Shown here: positions 38,442-46,656 of the stretch, in pieces
Layout of the letters: every line of letters starts with the position of its first letter
Numbering within the stretch: position 1 is the stretch's first letter
Source of the DNA: Bacteroidales bacterium
GTDB lineage: Bacteria > Bacteroidota > Bacteroidia > Bacteroidales > UBA932
Direction: 5' to 3'
DNA: 64,000 nucleotides
Assembly: GCA_024401975.1 (NCBI GenBank)
Contig: JAKSKB010000001.1
Coordinates: 12,542-76,541, forward strand
Notes under the pieces: model-generated
What the model saw: the letters and a program-made list of their open reading frames with translations, nothing else
The model's database searches: none
Told to the model about the DNA's origin: nothing
Translations under genes and position numbers: made by a program

Positions 38442-38909
38442 ATGTCATCATTCCACATCGACAGCATGGATCAGAGGATTCTGTCATTTCTGGTGAACGA
38501 TGCCAGAAGGCCTCTTCTGGAGATAGCCCGGGAATGCGGCATTTCCGGCGCGGCAGTCCATCAGAGGGTCAGGAAAATGGAAAGAAACGGGCTTATCACC
38601 GGTTCCCGTCTTATAGTCAAGCCCGGCATCCTCGGACTCAACGTGTGCGCTTTCATCGGAATATCGTTGTCGGAGAACAACAAGTACGTGGAGGTCGTGG
38701 AAAAACTCAAGAAGATTCCGGAAGTCGTGGAATGCCATTTCGTCACAGGCCGCACCGCCTTGCTGCTGAAAGTGTTCTGTCACGACAACGAACACCTTAT
38801 GAACGTCCTGCTCAACACCATCCAGAAAATCCCCTACATACAGTCCACCGATACGATGATATCCCTTGACGAGGCATTCGAGCGCCAGATCTGGGTCAAA
38901 GGTCTGTAA
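38442..38909 (+). CDS. Lrp/AsnC family transcriptional regulator
   Basis: IDSMDQRIL...DAR...EIARECGISGAAVHQRVRKM; IPEVVECHFVTG. Confidence 0.93.
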   Translation: MSSFHIDSMDQRILSFLVNDARRPLLEIARECGISGAAVHQRVRKMERNGLITGSRLIVKPGILGLNVCAFIGISLSENNKYVEVVEKLKKIPEVVECHFVTGRTALLLKVFCHDNEHLMNVLLNTIQKIPYIQSTDTMISLDEAFERQIWVKGL

Positions 38910-39585
38910 GACGGCGGGCCACTTCCAGGTCTGCCGGTTCCGTTATCTTGATGTTGTATCTTTCTCCCTCTATGAACGAAAGGGGTATGCCTGCGGCGTC
39001 TGCGACGGATGCATCATCCGTGAAGGACGTGTCGTAGGGTCTGGAGTATGCCTTCTTTATGTCCTCGGAGCGGAACATCTGGGGCGTCTGAACCGCGAAG
39101 ATGCAGGAGCGGTCGGCACATACTCCTTCCAGAGACTCGAAATTGCCGTTTTCATCCTTGCGAAGCGCTCTGAGAGTATCTACGGAGGGGACTACGGGGA
39201 TGAGAGCCCTTGCCGTCTCCATCTTGAGGAACATTCTGGAAAGGAGTTCCACGCTCACAAGCGGACGTACTCCGTCGTGGATGGCCACCACCGCTCCTGC
39301 GGGAATTTTTTCGAGCGCATTCCGGACGGAATGGAAACGGGTTATCCCACCGGCTACGATTACCTGGGGATGATGGAAGGAAGAACCTATGCAATAATTC
39401 CTCCAACGCTCCATATAGGCCGGCGGGAGCACTGTCACGATGCGTATGTCGGGGCAGGCCTTTATGAATTTCTCGATTGTCATCCTCAGTACCGGGATTT
39501 CATCGACAAGAAGAAACTGCTTGGGCGTGGAACCTTTCATTCTCGTTCCACGACCGGCAGCCATTATTATTGCGTAAATACTCAT
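38896..39585 (-). CDS. ispD: 2-C-methyl-D-erythritol 4-phosphate cytidylyltransferase
   Basis: AAGRGTRM, PKQFL, RFHSV, IHDGVRP, VQTPQ, TDDAS, NIKIT. Confidence 0.93.
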   Translation of the reverse strand: MSIYAIIMAAGRGTRMKGSTPKQFLLVDEIPVLRMTIEKFIKACPDIRIVTVLPPAYMERWRNYCIGSSFHHPQVIVAGGITRFHSVRNALEKIPAGAVVAIHDGVRPLVSVELLSRMFLKMETARALIPVVPSVDTLRALRKDENGNFESLEGVCADRSCIFAVQTPQMFRSEDIKKAYSRPYDTSFTDDASVADAAGIPLSFIEGERYNIKITEPADLEVARRLTDL

Positions 39586-39672
39586 TCTTCCATAAGGAAT
39601 TCCACCGCAAAATTAAAAGTTTTTTCGTATATTTACGCGATTATATGTATTACATTTAGCATCAATAACAAG

Positions 39673-40695
39673 ATGGCTTTCAATTTTCTAAACCAGCAAC
39701 TTGCCATTGACCTCGGTACGGCCAACACCATCATCTTCCAGAATGACCAGATTATTCTGGATGAGCCGAGTATCGTGGCCATAGACAACAATACAGGCAA
39801 ATGCGTCGCTCTCGGGAAGCAGGCGAAACTTATGCAGGGAAGGGTCAATCCCGGGGTCAAGACCATACGTCCGCTGCGTGACGGTGTAATCGCCGATTTC
39901 AACGCTGCGGAGATGATGATACGCGGTTTCATCAAGGAGGTCAACCGCAAGCGCAGGAGCATATTCACGCCCAATCTCAAAGTCGTCATAGGCATTCCGT
40001 CCGGAAGTACCGAAGTGGAGATTCGTGCCGTCCGCGACTCATCGGAGCACGCAGGAGCCCGTGAAGTCTATCTCATTTATGAACCTATGGCGGCGGCGCT
40101 GGGCGCGGGCCTCGACGTGGAAGTCCCGAAAGGCAATATGATCGTCGATATAGGCGGAGGCACCACCGAAGTGGCCGTCATCTCCCTCGGGGGCATAGTG
40201 CAGAAGGACAGCATACGTGTCGCTGGTGACGAATTCACCAATGATATCCAGAATTATCTGCGCCAGCAGCACAATATCCGCATAGGCGAAGTCACCGCGG
40301 AGAACATAAAGATAGGAGTCGGGGCAGTCATCTCCAATCTGGAGAACGAGCCGGCGCCTATGGTGGTAAGGGGTCCCAACCTGATGACCGCGCACCCTGT
40401 GGACGCCATCATCACCTATCAGGAAATCGCCCATTGCATTGACAAGTCGGTAGCCAAGATAGAGGCATCGATAATGCACGTGCTCGAACAGACTCCTCCG
40501 GAACTCTACTCCGACATCGTGGAGGACGGAATCTTCCTCTCCGGAGGAGGCGCTTTGCTGAGGGGGCTCGCCCAGAGGTTCACAGAGAAGGTGAACATAC
40601 CGTTCCACGTCGCGGAAGATCCTCTTCACGCAGTGGCGCGTGGTACCTGCCTGGCACTCAAGAACACTGACAAATACTCATTCCTTATGAGATAA
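39673..40695 (+). CDS. mreB: rod shape-determining protein MreB
   Basis: AIDLGTANT, RPLRDGVIADF, EPMAAA, VDIGGGTTE, GGGALL. Start is ATG 39673. Confidence 0.97.
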   Translation: MAFNFLNQQLAIDLGTANTIIFQNDQIILDEPSIVAIDNNTGKCVALGKQAKLMQGRVNPGVKTIRPLRDGVIADFNAAEMMIRGFIKEVNRKRRSIFTPNLKVVIGIPSGSTEVEIRAVRDSSEHAGAREVYLIYEPMAAALGAGLDVEVPKGNMIVDIGGGTTEVAVISLGGIVQKDSIRVAGDEFTNDIQNYLRQQHNIRIGEVTAENIKIGVGAVISNLENEPAPMVVRGPNLMTAHPVDAIITYQEIAHCIDKSVAKIEASIMHVLEQTPPELYSDIVEDGIFLSGGGALLRGLAQRFTEKVNIPFHVAEDPLHAVARGTCLALKNTDKYSFLMR

Positions 40696-41526
40696 ATGAG
40701 AAGGGGCGCCGGCATTATGGTATCCGTTGGCAATGCGCTTGCCTTCATTCTTATGGAGACAGCCGCATTAAGTATGGTAATGCACGGCGACGAGGTGCGG
40801 AAATCAATGTTCGCATCCATCGGGCACGGTTTTATGGCTGTTGTACTCGGAGCGGGAGACTCGGTGAAGGACTATTTCTCCCTTCGTTCGCAAAATGCCG
40901 CGCTCGCCCGGGAAAACAGCGTCCTCCTCTCGGAAATATCCGCTTACAGGAAAATGCTTTCAGATTCGGACGGCCGGATTGCCCCGCATCCCGTGGAGGA
41001 CAATTTTTCATATACTCCGGCCACCGTGGTCAGAATGAGCAGAAACAGGCAGCACAACTATTTCATCATCGACAAAGGCTTCGAGGACGGAATATACGCG
41101 CAGTCAGGCATAATCACGGCGAAAGGAGCGATAGGCATAGTGGATGCCGTTGACCGGCACTGCTCATACTGCCTGTCTTTCCAGAACAGTTCGATAAGCA
41201 TCAGTGCGCGGATAGGCAGGAGGGGACCTGTGGGTAAATTGGTCTGGGACGGAAAAACCAACGACAGGGGGACTCTGAAGGAGATTCCCCTCCAGACCAG
41301 ATTCTCCAGAGGTGACACCGTGTGGACGAGCGGGCATTCTTCGATTTTCCCCACTGACATTCCGCTCGGGATCACCGGTGAAGCCAGGATAATGAACGGT
41401 TCCACATACGACATCGACATCAACCTGTTCGAGAACTTCTCGTCCGTCCGTTACGTGACCGTGGCATACAATGCCGGGAGGGAGGAAATAATGGGGTTGG
41501 AAAACCTTGTGGAGGGACTGGAATGA
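40696..41526 (+). CDS. mreC: rod shape-determining protein MreC
   Basis: Follows mreB; LARENS coiled coil, IDKG..DGI, GDTVWTSG. Confidence 0.9.
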   Translation: MRRGAGIMVSVGNALAFILMETAALSMVMHGDEVRKSMFASIGHGFMAVVLGAGDSVKDYFSLRSQNAALARENSVLLSEISAYRKMLSDSDGRIAPHPVEDNFSYTPATVVRMSRNRQHNYFIIDKGFEDGIYAQSGIITAKGAIGIVDAVDRHCSYCLSFQNSSISISARIGRRGPVGKLVWDGKTNDRGTLKEIPLQTRFSRGDTVWTSGHSSIFPTDIPLGITGEARIMNGSTYDIDINLFENFSSVRYVTVAYNAGREEIMGLENLVEGLE

Positions 41527-42044
41527 AAAGGAATCATTTCTGGCCGTTATTTGCGCTTATGGTGGTCATTCAGGTGATTGTCTGCAATTTTGCCCCTCCC
41601 GTCCCGTATATGACTGTCAGCATCCTGCCCGCCCTGATTCTGTTTCTTCCCATAGGATTCCATACTTTTCAGGATTTGCTTCTGGCATTCGTTGCGGGGA
41701 TTCTGGTCGATTTGCTCTCCGACGGGATTCCCGGCCTGAACGTGGCGGCGCTGCTGCCGGTGGCATTCCTGCGCCGCAGCATCACCATACTGGTTTTCGG
41801 GAAAGAACTGTATGCAAGGGACGAGAGCGTATCTTTGGAAAAGCACGGAACGTTGAAACTGTCTGTCGCCATCCTGATAGTCCAGTTCATCTTTTTTATC
41901 ATATATATCTTCATTGACGCCGCGGGCACGAGAACTCTGTGGTTCTGCCTGCTCTGGCTGGTCCTCTCTATGGCAACCTCATACCCCGTCGCGTTTCTGG
42001 CGGTTTCCTGTCTTACAAAAAAAAACAAATCGGGATGGAACTGA
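41523..42044 (+). CDS. mreD: rod shape-determining protein MreD
   Basis: Hydrophobic, with AFVAGILVDLLS; lies between mreC and mrdA. Confidence 0.85.
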   Translation: MKRNHFWPLFALMVVIQVIVCNFAPPVPYMTVSILPALILFLPIGFHTFQDLLLAFVAGILVDLLSDGIPGLNVAALLPVAFLRRSITILVFGKELYARDESVSLEKHGTLKLSVAILIVQFIFFIIYIFIDAAGTRTLWFCLLWLVLSMATSYPVAFLAVSCLTKKNKSGWN

Positions 42045-43879
42045 GCCGCAGGAACAAACTTCTGACCGGTCTGTGCGTCACCGCCGCCATCCTTGTAGGA
42101 CGTCTGTTCTACGTGCAGATAATCAACGACCGTTACAAGTTGGATTCTTCCAACAATTCGATGCTCTATGACGTCATATACCCCACAAGGGGCATCATCT
42201 ATGACAGGAACGGCCATATACTGGCGGGCAACAAAGTCGCCTATGACATACTCGTCACTCCGCGTGAAGTTACGGAGTTCGACACGCTTGCGCTCGCATC
42301 CGCACTCGACGTGTCACCTGATTTCATAAGGGAGAAGATGCAGGGATACAGAAAGAGAAAGAGCCGCATAGGATACCAGTCCGTGGTGATGATGAAAATG
42401 CTGCCGCCGGAAAGATATATGAAATTCGCTGAACTGCAATACAAGTTCCCCGGTTTCAAGGGTCAGGTGAGAAGTATGCGCGAATATCCTTTCAATGCCG
42501 GGGGCAACCTGCTGGGATACGTGTCGGAAGTGGATGAGGACTATATGGAAAAGCATCCGGGCGAATACAAGCCTAGAGATTATGCCGGCAAGACCGGTCT
42601 GGAAGCGGCGCGGGAAAAGGACCTTCGCGGGGAAAAAGGTTACCACATACTGCTCCGCAATTCGCACAATCAGGTACAGGACGTATATAAGAACGGGGAG
42701 ATGGACAAGGATGCCGTTCCCGGGAAAAACATAGTGACCACCATCGACGCGCAACTCCAGCAATACGGACAGATGCTTATGCAGAACAAGGTCGGAAGCC
42801 TTGTCGCTATCGAACCTTCCACAGGAGAAATTCTGACTATGGTGTCCAGCCCGGGAATAGACGTGGACGTGCTTTCCAACATAGGAGAGCACTACACGCA
42901 AATAGTTTCCGACCCGTACAAACCTATGTTCAACAGAGCCGTGCAGGCATCATACCCTCCGGGCTCCGTGTTCAAGCTCATAAACGGTCTGATAGGCCTC
43001 GAAGAGGGTGTGCTGCAGCCTTCGTATACTTACCCCTGCGTCAACGGATACCCCTACGGGAACGGACACAAGCTCGGTTGTCACGGCCACCGTTCCCCTC
43101 TGGACTTTGAAGATGCGGTGATGATGTCCTGCAACGGTTATTTCTGCTACGTGTTCAAGAACATACTAGAGAACAAGAAATATCAGAACACTTCCGAAGC
43201 CTTCGACAGATGGAGGGAATACGTGACCAGTTTCGGGCTGGGGGAAAAACTGGGCAGCGATTTCCCGTTCGAACTCGGAGGGAACGTCCCTACGTCAAAG
43301 TATTACAACAAGATATACGGCAAGAACGGATGGAGGTTCTCCACAGTCATATCCCTTTCCATAGGGCAGGGGGAACTCGGAATCACACCCTTGCAGATAG
43401 CCAACATCTGCGCAATCCTTGCGAACAGGGGATACTATTATACACCCCATCTCGTGAAAGATTCGGAAGGGATAGAAATAGACTCGAAATACCACGAAAG
43501 GAATTATACCAAAGTGGACACCAACCATTTCAAGAAAGTGATAAACGGAATGTGGCTGGCCGTCAACGCCCCGCCGGGGACTGGGAACACTGCCGGCGCT
43601 GCGGCTGTCCCCGGGCTCGACCTGTGCGGGAAGACAGGTACGGCGCAGAATCCGAGAGGTGCCGACAACTCCGTATTCATCTGTTTCGCGCCGCGTGACA
43701 ATCCCAGGATTGCAGTCGCCGCCTACGTTGAAAATGCCGGATTCGGAGCCACGTGGGCCTGCCCCATCGCCTCCCTTCTCGTAGAAAAATACCTGACCGG
43801 AGAAATCCGAGAAGAAAGGAAAGCGGTTGAAAGCCGGATAATGGAAGCCTATCTGATGTCAAGAGTGAAAAAAGACTGA
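42035..43879 (+). CDS. mrdA: penicillin-binding protein 2
   Basis: RGIIYDRNG, GKTGLE, YPPGSVFK, SCN, GKTGTAQ. Start is ATG 42035. Confidence 0.95.
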   Translation: MELSRRNKLLTGLCVTAAILVGRLFYVQIINDRYKLDSSNNSMLYDVIYPTRGIIYDRNGHILAGNKVAYDILVTPREVTEFDTLALASALDVSPDFIREKMQGYRKRKSRIGYQSVVMMKMLPPERYMKFAELQYKFPGFKGQVRSMREYPFNAGGNLLGYVSEVDEDYMEKHPGEYKPRDYAGKTGLEAAREKDLRGEKGYHILLRNSHNQVQDVYKNGEMDKDAVPGKNIVTTIDAQLQQYGQMLMQNKVGSLVAIEPSTGEILTMVSSPGIDVDVLSNIGEHYTQIVSDPYKPMFNRAVQASYPPGSVFKLINGLIGLEEGVLQPSYTYPCVNGYPYGNGHKLGCHGHRSPLDFEDAVMMSCNGYFCYVFKNILENKKYQNTSEAFDRWREYVTSFGLGEKLGSDFPFELGGNVPTSKYYNKIYGKNGWRFSTVISLSIGQGELGITPLQIANICAILANRGYYYTPHLVKDSEGIEIDSKYHERNYTKVDTNHFKKVINGMWLAVNAPPGTGNTAGAAAVPGLDLCGKTGTAQNPRGADNSVFICFAPRDNPRIAVAAYVENAGFGATWACPIASLLVEKYLTGEIREERKAVESRIMEAYLMSRVKKD

Positions 43880-45333
43880 TGCAATACGACAGACTGTACC
43901 ATAGAGACATACGGAAGACGATAGACGGGAAACTTGTCGTCTGCTATCTTCTGCTCGTCCTGACAGGCCTGCTGAACATATACGCATCCGTTCATGCGAT
44001 GGGAGAGCTGACCTTCGTGAACGCCTTTGAAAGCCGGGCTATGAAACAGTTGGTATGGATGCTGGCTTCCGTGGCGGTGGCTGCCCTCATACTGCTTGTA
44101 ATCAACCCTCAACTGTGGGAAGTCATATCCCTTCCGTCCTATGCGATTGTCGTGATGATGCTGGTGGCGGTGATATTTGTCGGGGGAGATATCAAGGGGT
44201 CGAATTCCTGGTTCAAACTCGGTGCGGTAAGTTTCCAACCGGCTGAGATATCGAAGATTACGACCTCTCTGGTCCTTGCCGCCCTGATAAACAGGCCCGA
44301 TTTCAGATTGTCGAAGATACGGGATTTCATCATCGCAGCTGCGGTTATCGTCGTCCCGATGCTCATAATCATAGCCGAAAAGGAAACGGGGTCGGCACTC
44401 GTGTATCTGGGATTCGTGTTCGTCCTATACAGGGAAGGGCTCTCCGGCTGGTTCCTGTTCTGCATCACCGTGATGATACTGCTGTTCATCCTGACCCTGA
44501 CAGCCTCTCCGTACGTTTCGGCCCTTGTGCTTTGCTCCATAGTCACGTTCTGCTACCATCTCGCGAACGGCAAGGTCAAAAGATGGGTGCTGACAGCGGT
44601 GCCTGTCATAGCGTCTGCGGCTTTTGTCCCGAAGTTGTTTTCCGCTGCCGGCGAAACTTCCTTCCTCTCCCGTATTCAACCCTTGTGGATTATAATCGGA
44701 CCGGTTCTGATTTCCCTTCCGATCAAGGCGTTCAAGGCTTTCCGGAGGAAGAGCCTTTCCGCCTGGATTTCCATAATATCGGTCGTTGCGGGCATACTTG
44801 TCATCCTCTCCACTGATTTTGTCTTCAACAAAGTCCTCAAGGACCACCAGCGGAGCCGCATCGAAGTGCTTCTCGGAATGAAGGAAGATCCTACCGGAGT
44901 CGGATACAACGTGAACCAGTCCCTGATAGCCATAGGTTCCGGAGGATTTACCGGAAAAGGCTATCTCAACGGCACTCAGACCGCATACGGATTCGTCCCG
45001 GAGCAAAGCACCGATTTCATATTCTGTACCGTGGGAGAAGAGTGGGGATTCGTCGGATGCGTGGCGGTCATAGGACTTTACGTATTCCTTATATGGGGCA
45101 TCATCCGTGACGCCGAACAGAGCAGGAGCGCGTTTACCAGAGTATATGGATACTGCGTGGCTTCCATCATATTCATGCATCTTTTCATCAACGTCGGGAT
45201 GACCGTCGGTCTGATGCCTGTCATAGGCATACCGCTCCCCCTGTTGAGTTACGGAGGCTCTTCACTGCTGTCGTTCACGATTATGATTTTCATTTTCCTC
45301 GCTCTCGACAGACAGGAGAAAAGATATTTCTGA
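43879..45333 (+). CDS. rodA: rod shape-determining protein RodA (SEDS)
   Basis: FQPAEISK, QSLIAIGSGG, PEQSTDFIF, EEWGF, GIPLPLLSYGGSS. Confidence 0.95.
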   Translation: MQYDRLYHRDIRKTIDGKLVVCYLLLVLTGLLNIYASVHAMGELTFVNAFESRAMKQLVWMLASVAVAALILLVINPQLWEVISLPSYAIVVMMLVAVIFVGGDIKGSNSWFKLGAVSFQPAEISKITTSLVLAALINRPDFRLSKIRDFIIAAAVIVVPMLIIIAEKETGSALVYLGFVFVLYREGLSGWFLFCITVMILLFILTLTASPYVSALVLCSIVTFCYHLANGKVKRWVLTAVPVIASAAFVPKLFSAAGETSFLSRIQPLWIIIGPVLISLPIKAFKAFRRKSLSAWISIISVVAGILVILSTDFVFNKVLKDHQRSRIEVLLGMKEDPTGVGYNVNQSLIAIGSGGFTGKGYLNGTQTAYGFVPEQSTDFIFCTVGEEWGFVGCVAVIGLYVFLIWGIIRDAEQSRSAFTRVYGYCVASIIFMHLFINVGMTVGLMPVIGIPLPLLSYGGSSLLSFTIMIFIFLALDRQEKRYF

Positions 45334-45403
45334 TGCCGTGAAAATATGGGGGTGACTCTCTCTCTAAAAAGTCGCAAAGCGACCGCGCCGGGCAGGCGCC
45401 TTA

Positions 45404-46252
45404 TTAGTCAGCCGCCGGACCTTCCTCTTCCGGAATTTCGTCTTTGACTATCAGTATGGACAATTCATACAGAAGGAACAGGGGCAGGAACACGACGCTC
45501 AGGGTGAATGGGTCGCCCGACGGCGTGATGAGGGCCGAAAGGACCAGCAGAATCACCACGGCGTGTTTCCTGTATTTCTTGAGGAACGGCTTCTTGAGCA
45601 CTCCGAGACACGAAAGTATCCACGAGAGTACAGGCATCTCGAACACCAGTCCCATCACAAACACAATGGTGAGGAAGTTGGACATATAGGAGTTCATCGA
45701 AATCTGGTTGACGATGAGTTCTCCCACCTGATAGGTGGTCAGGAAACGGAAAGTCAGAGGGAACACCACCGTATAACCGACAGCGCAACCGATGTAGAAG
45801 AGCAGGGAACTGAATATGAATGCTCTCCGGACATTCCTCTGCTCTTCGGGGAACAGGGCCGGACTTATGAACTTCCAGATTTCATACATTATGATGGGGA
45901 ACACCAGCACGAGCGCGAACCAGAAAGAAGTGCTGATGTGGGTGAGAAACTGCGTGGCTACGTTGATGTTGATGATGTCCACGTTGAAATCTCCGCCGAA
46001 GTCGGGGATGAGCGAGGTTGACGCGTGTCCCCCGTTTCCGGACCCCATCCCGGCAATCCACCGGTACAGAAAGAAATCACCCCTTGTGGGTCCCAGGACA
46101 AACGAATCGAAAATGTGGGGCATTGCTATGAAGCATCCCACAAGCAGTACGAAAAGCGCTATGACTATACGGAAAAGAGCCCACCTCAAAACTTCGAGGT
46201 GGTCCCAGAAAGACATTTCGGTCCCGGAGGACTGCACGTCCTGTTCAGACAT
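45404..46252 (-). CDS. tatC: twin-arginine translocase subunit TatC
   Basis: MSFWDHLEVLR, WKFISPAL, GLVFEMP, ITPSGD, LYELSI. Confidence 0.95.
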   Translation of the reverse strand: MSEQDVQSSGTEMSFWDHLEVLRWALFRIVIALFVLLVGCFIAMPHIFDSFVLGPTRGDFFLYRWIAGMGSGNGGHASTSLIPDFGGDFNVDIININVATQFLTHISTSFWFALVLVFPIIMYEIWKFISPALFPEEQRNVRRAFIFSSLLFYIGCAVGYTVVFPLTFRFLTTYQVGELIVNQISMNSYMSNFLTIVFVMGLVFEMPVLSWILSCLGVLKKPFLKKYRKHAVVILLVLSALITPSGDPFTLSVVFLPLFLLYELSILIVKDEIPEEEGPAAD

Positions 46253-46476
46253 CACTTGGTCTCCGAACTCTCCTTCTTGTCATCGGAGACGGCTTCACCG
46301 GCCTTGTCTATCTCCTTTTGCACGTCATTCACTCCTTCCTTGAAGCTTCTCACACCCTTGCCTATGCCGTGCATAAGTTCGGGAATTTTCTTCCCCCCGA
46401 AAAGAAGAAGTACCACCAGTGCAATGATTATGATTTCGGGGGCGCCGATGTTCTGAAAAATCAAAAAACTGTGCAT
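46252..46476 (-). CDS. tatA: twin-arginine translocase subunit TatA
   Basis: IG.PEIIII...LLLFGGKKIPELMHGIGKGVRSFK. Confidence 0.95.
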   Translation of the reverse strand: MHSFLIFQNIGAPEIIIIALVVLLLFGGKKIPELMHGIGKGVRSFKEGVNDVQKEIDKAGEAVSDDKKESSETK

Positions 46477-46601
46477 GATTTCGCGGATTAAGTCTTGTAA
46501 AGATAAACAATTTTTGGTTTATGCCAAAACAAGGTTTGATTTACCCGGGCGGATTCGGCAAAAATCATATTTTTTTTGGTTCAACGGGAAGAAATAATAA
46601 C

Positions 46602-46609
46602 TAACTTTG
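46602..46609 (+). promoter_or_regulatory. -7 element (TAACTTTG) for the fimbrillin-SusD fusion gene
   Basis: Exact TAnnTTTG 47 nt upstream of ATG 46657. Confidence 0.55.
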
Positions 46610-46656
46610 TGAGTTATATGATGTCATAATATATATATCCTAATATTCTGTATTTT

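Noticed and set aside
38866-39672. 269-aa N-terminal extension on the MreB ORF (38866..40695)
   Set aside because: It lies antisense to ispD and crosses the AT-rich promoter gap. MreB homology begins at ATG 39673, so this is a chance open frame.
42017-42025. A9 run at the mreD end as a phase-variation or frameshift site
   Set aside because: Both mreD and mrdA are intact. The run is best explained as the A-rich initiation region of mrdA (ATG 42035).
46570-46638. T8 tract and (AT)5 run near the fusion-gene promoter as a phase switch
   Set aside because: The tracts are short and in AT-rich intergenic DNA. I found no inverted repeats flanking the promoter and no invertase gene.
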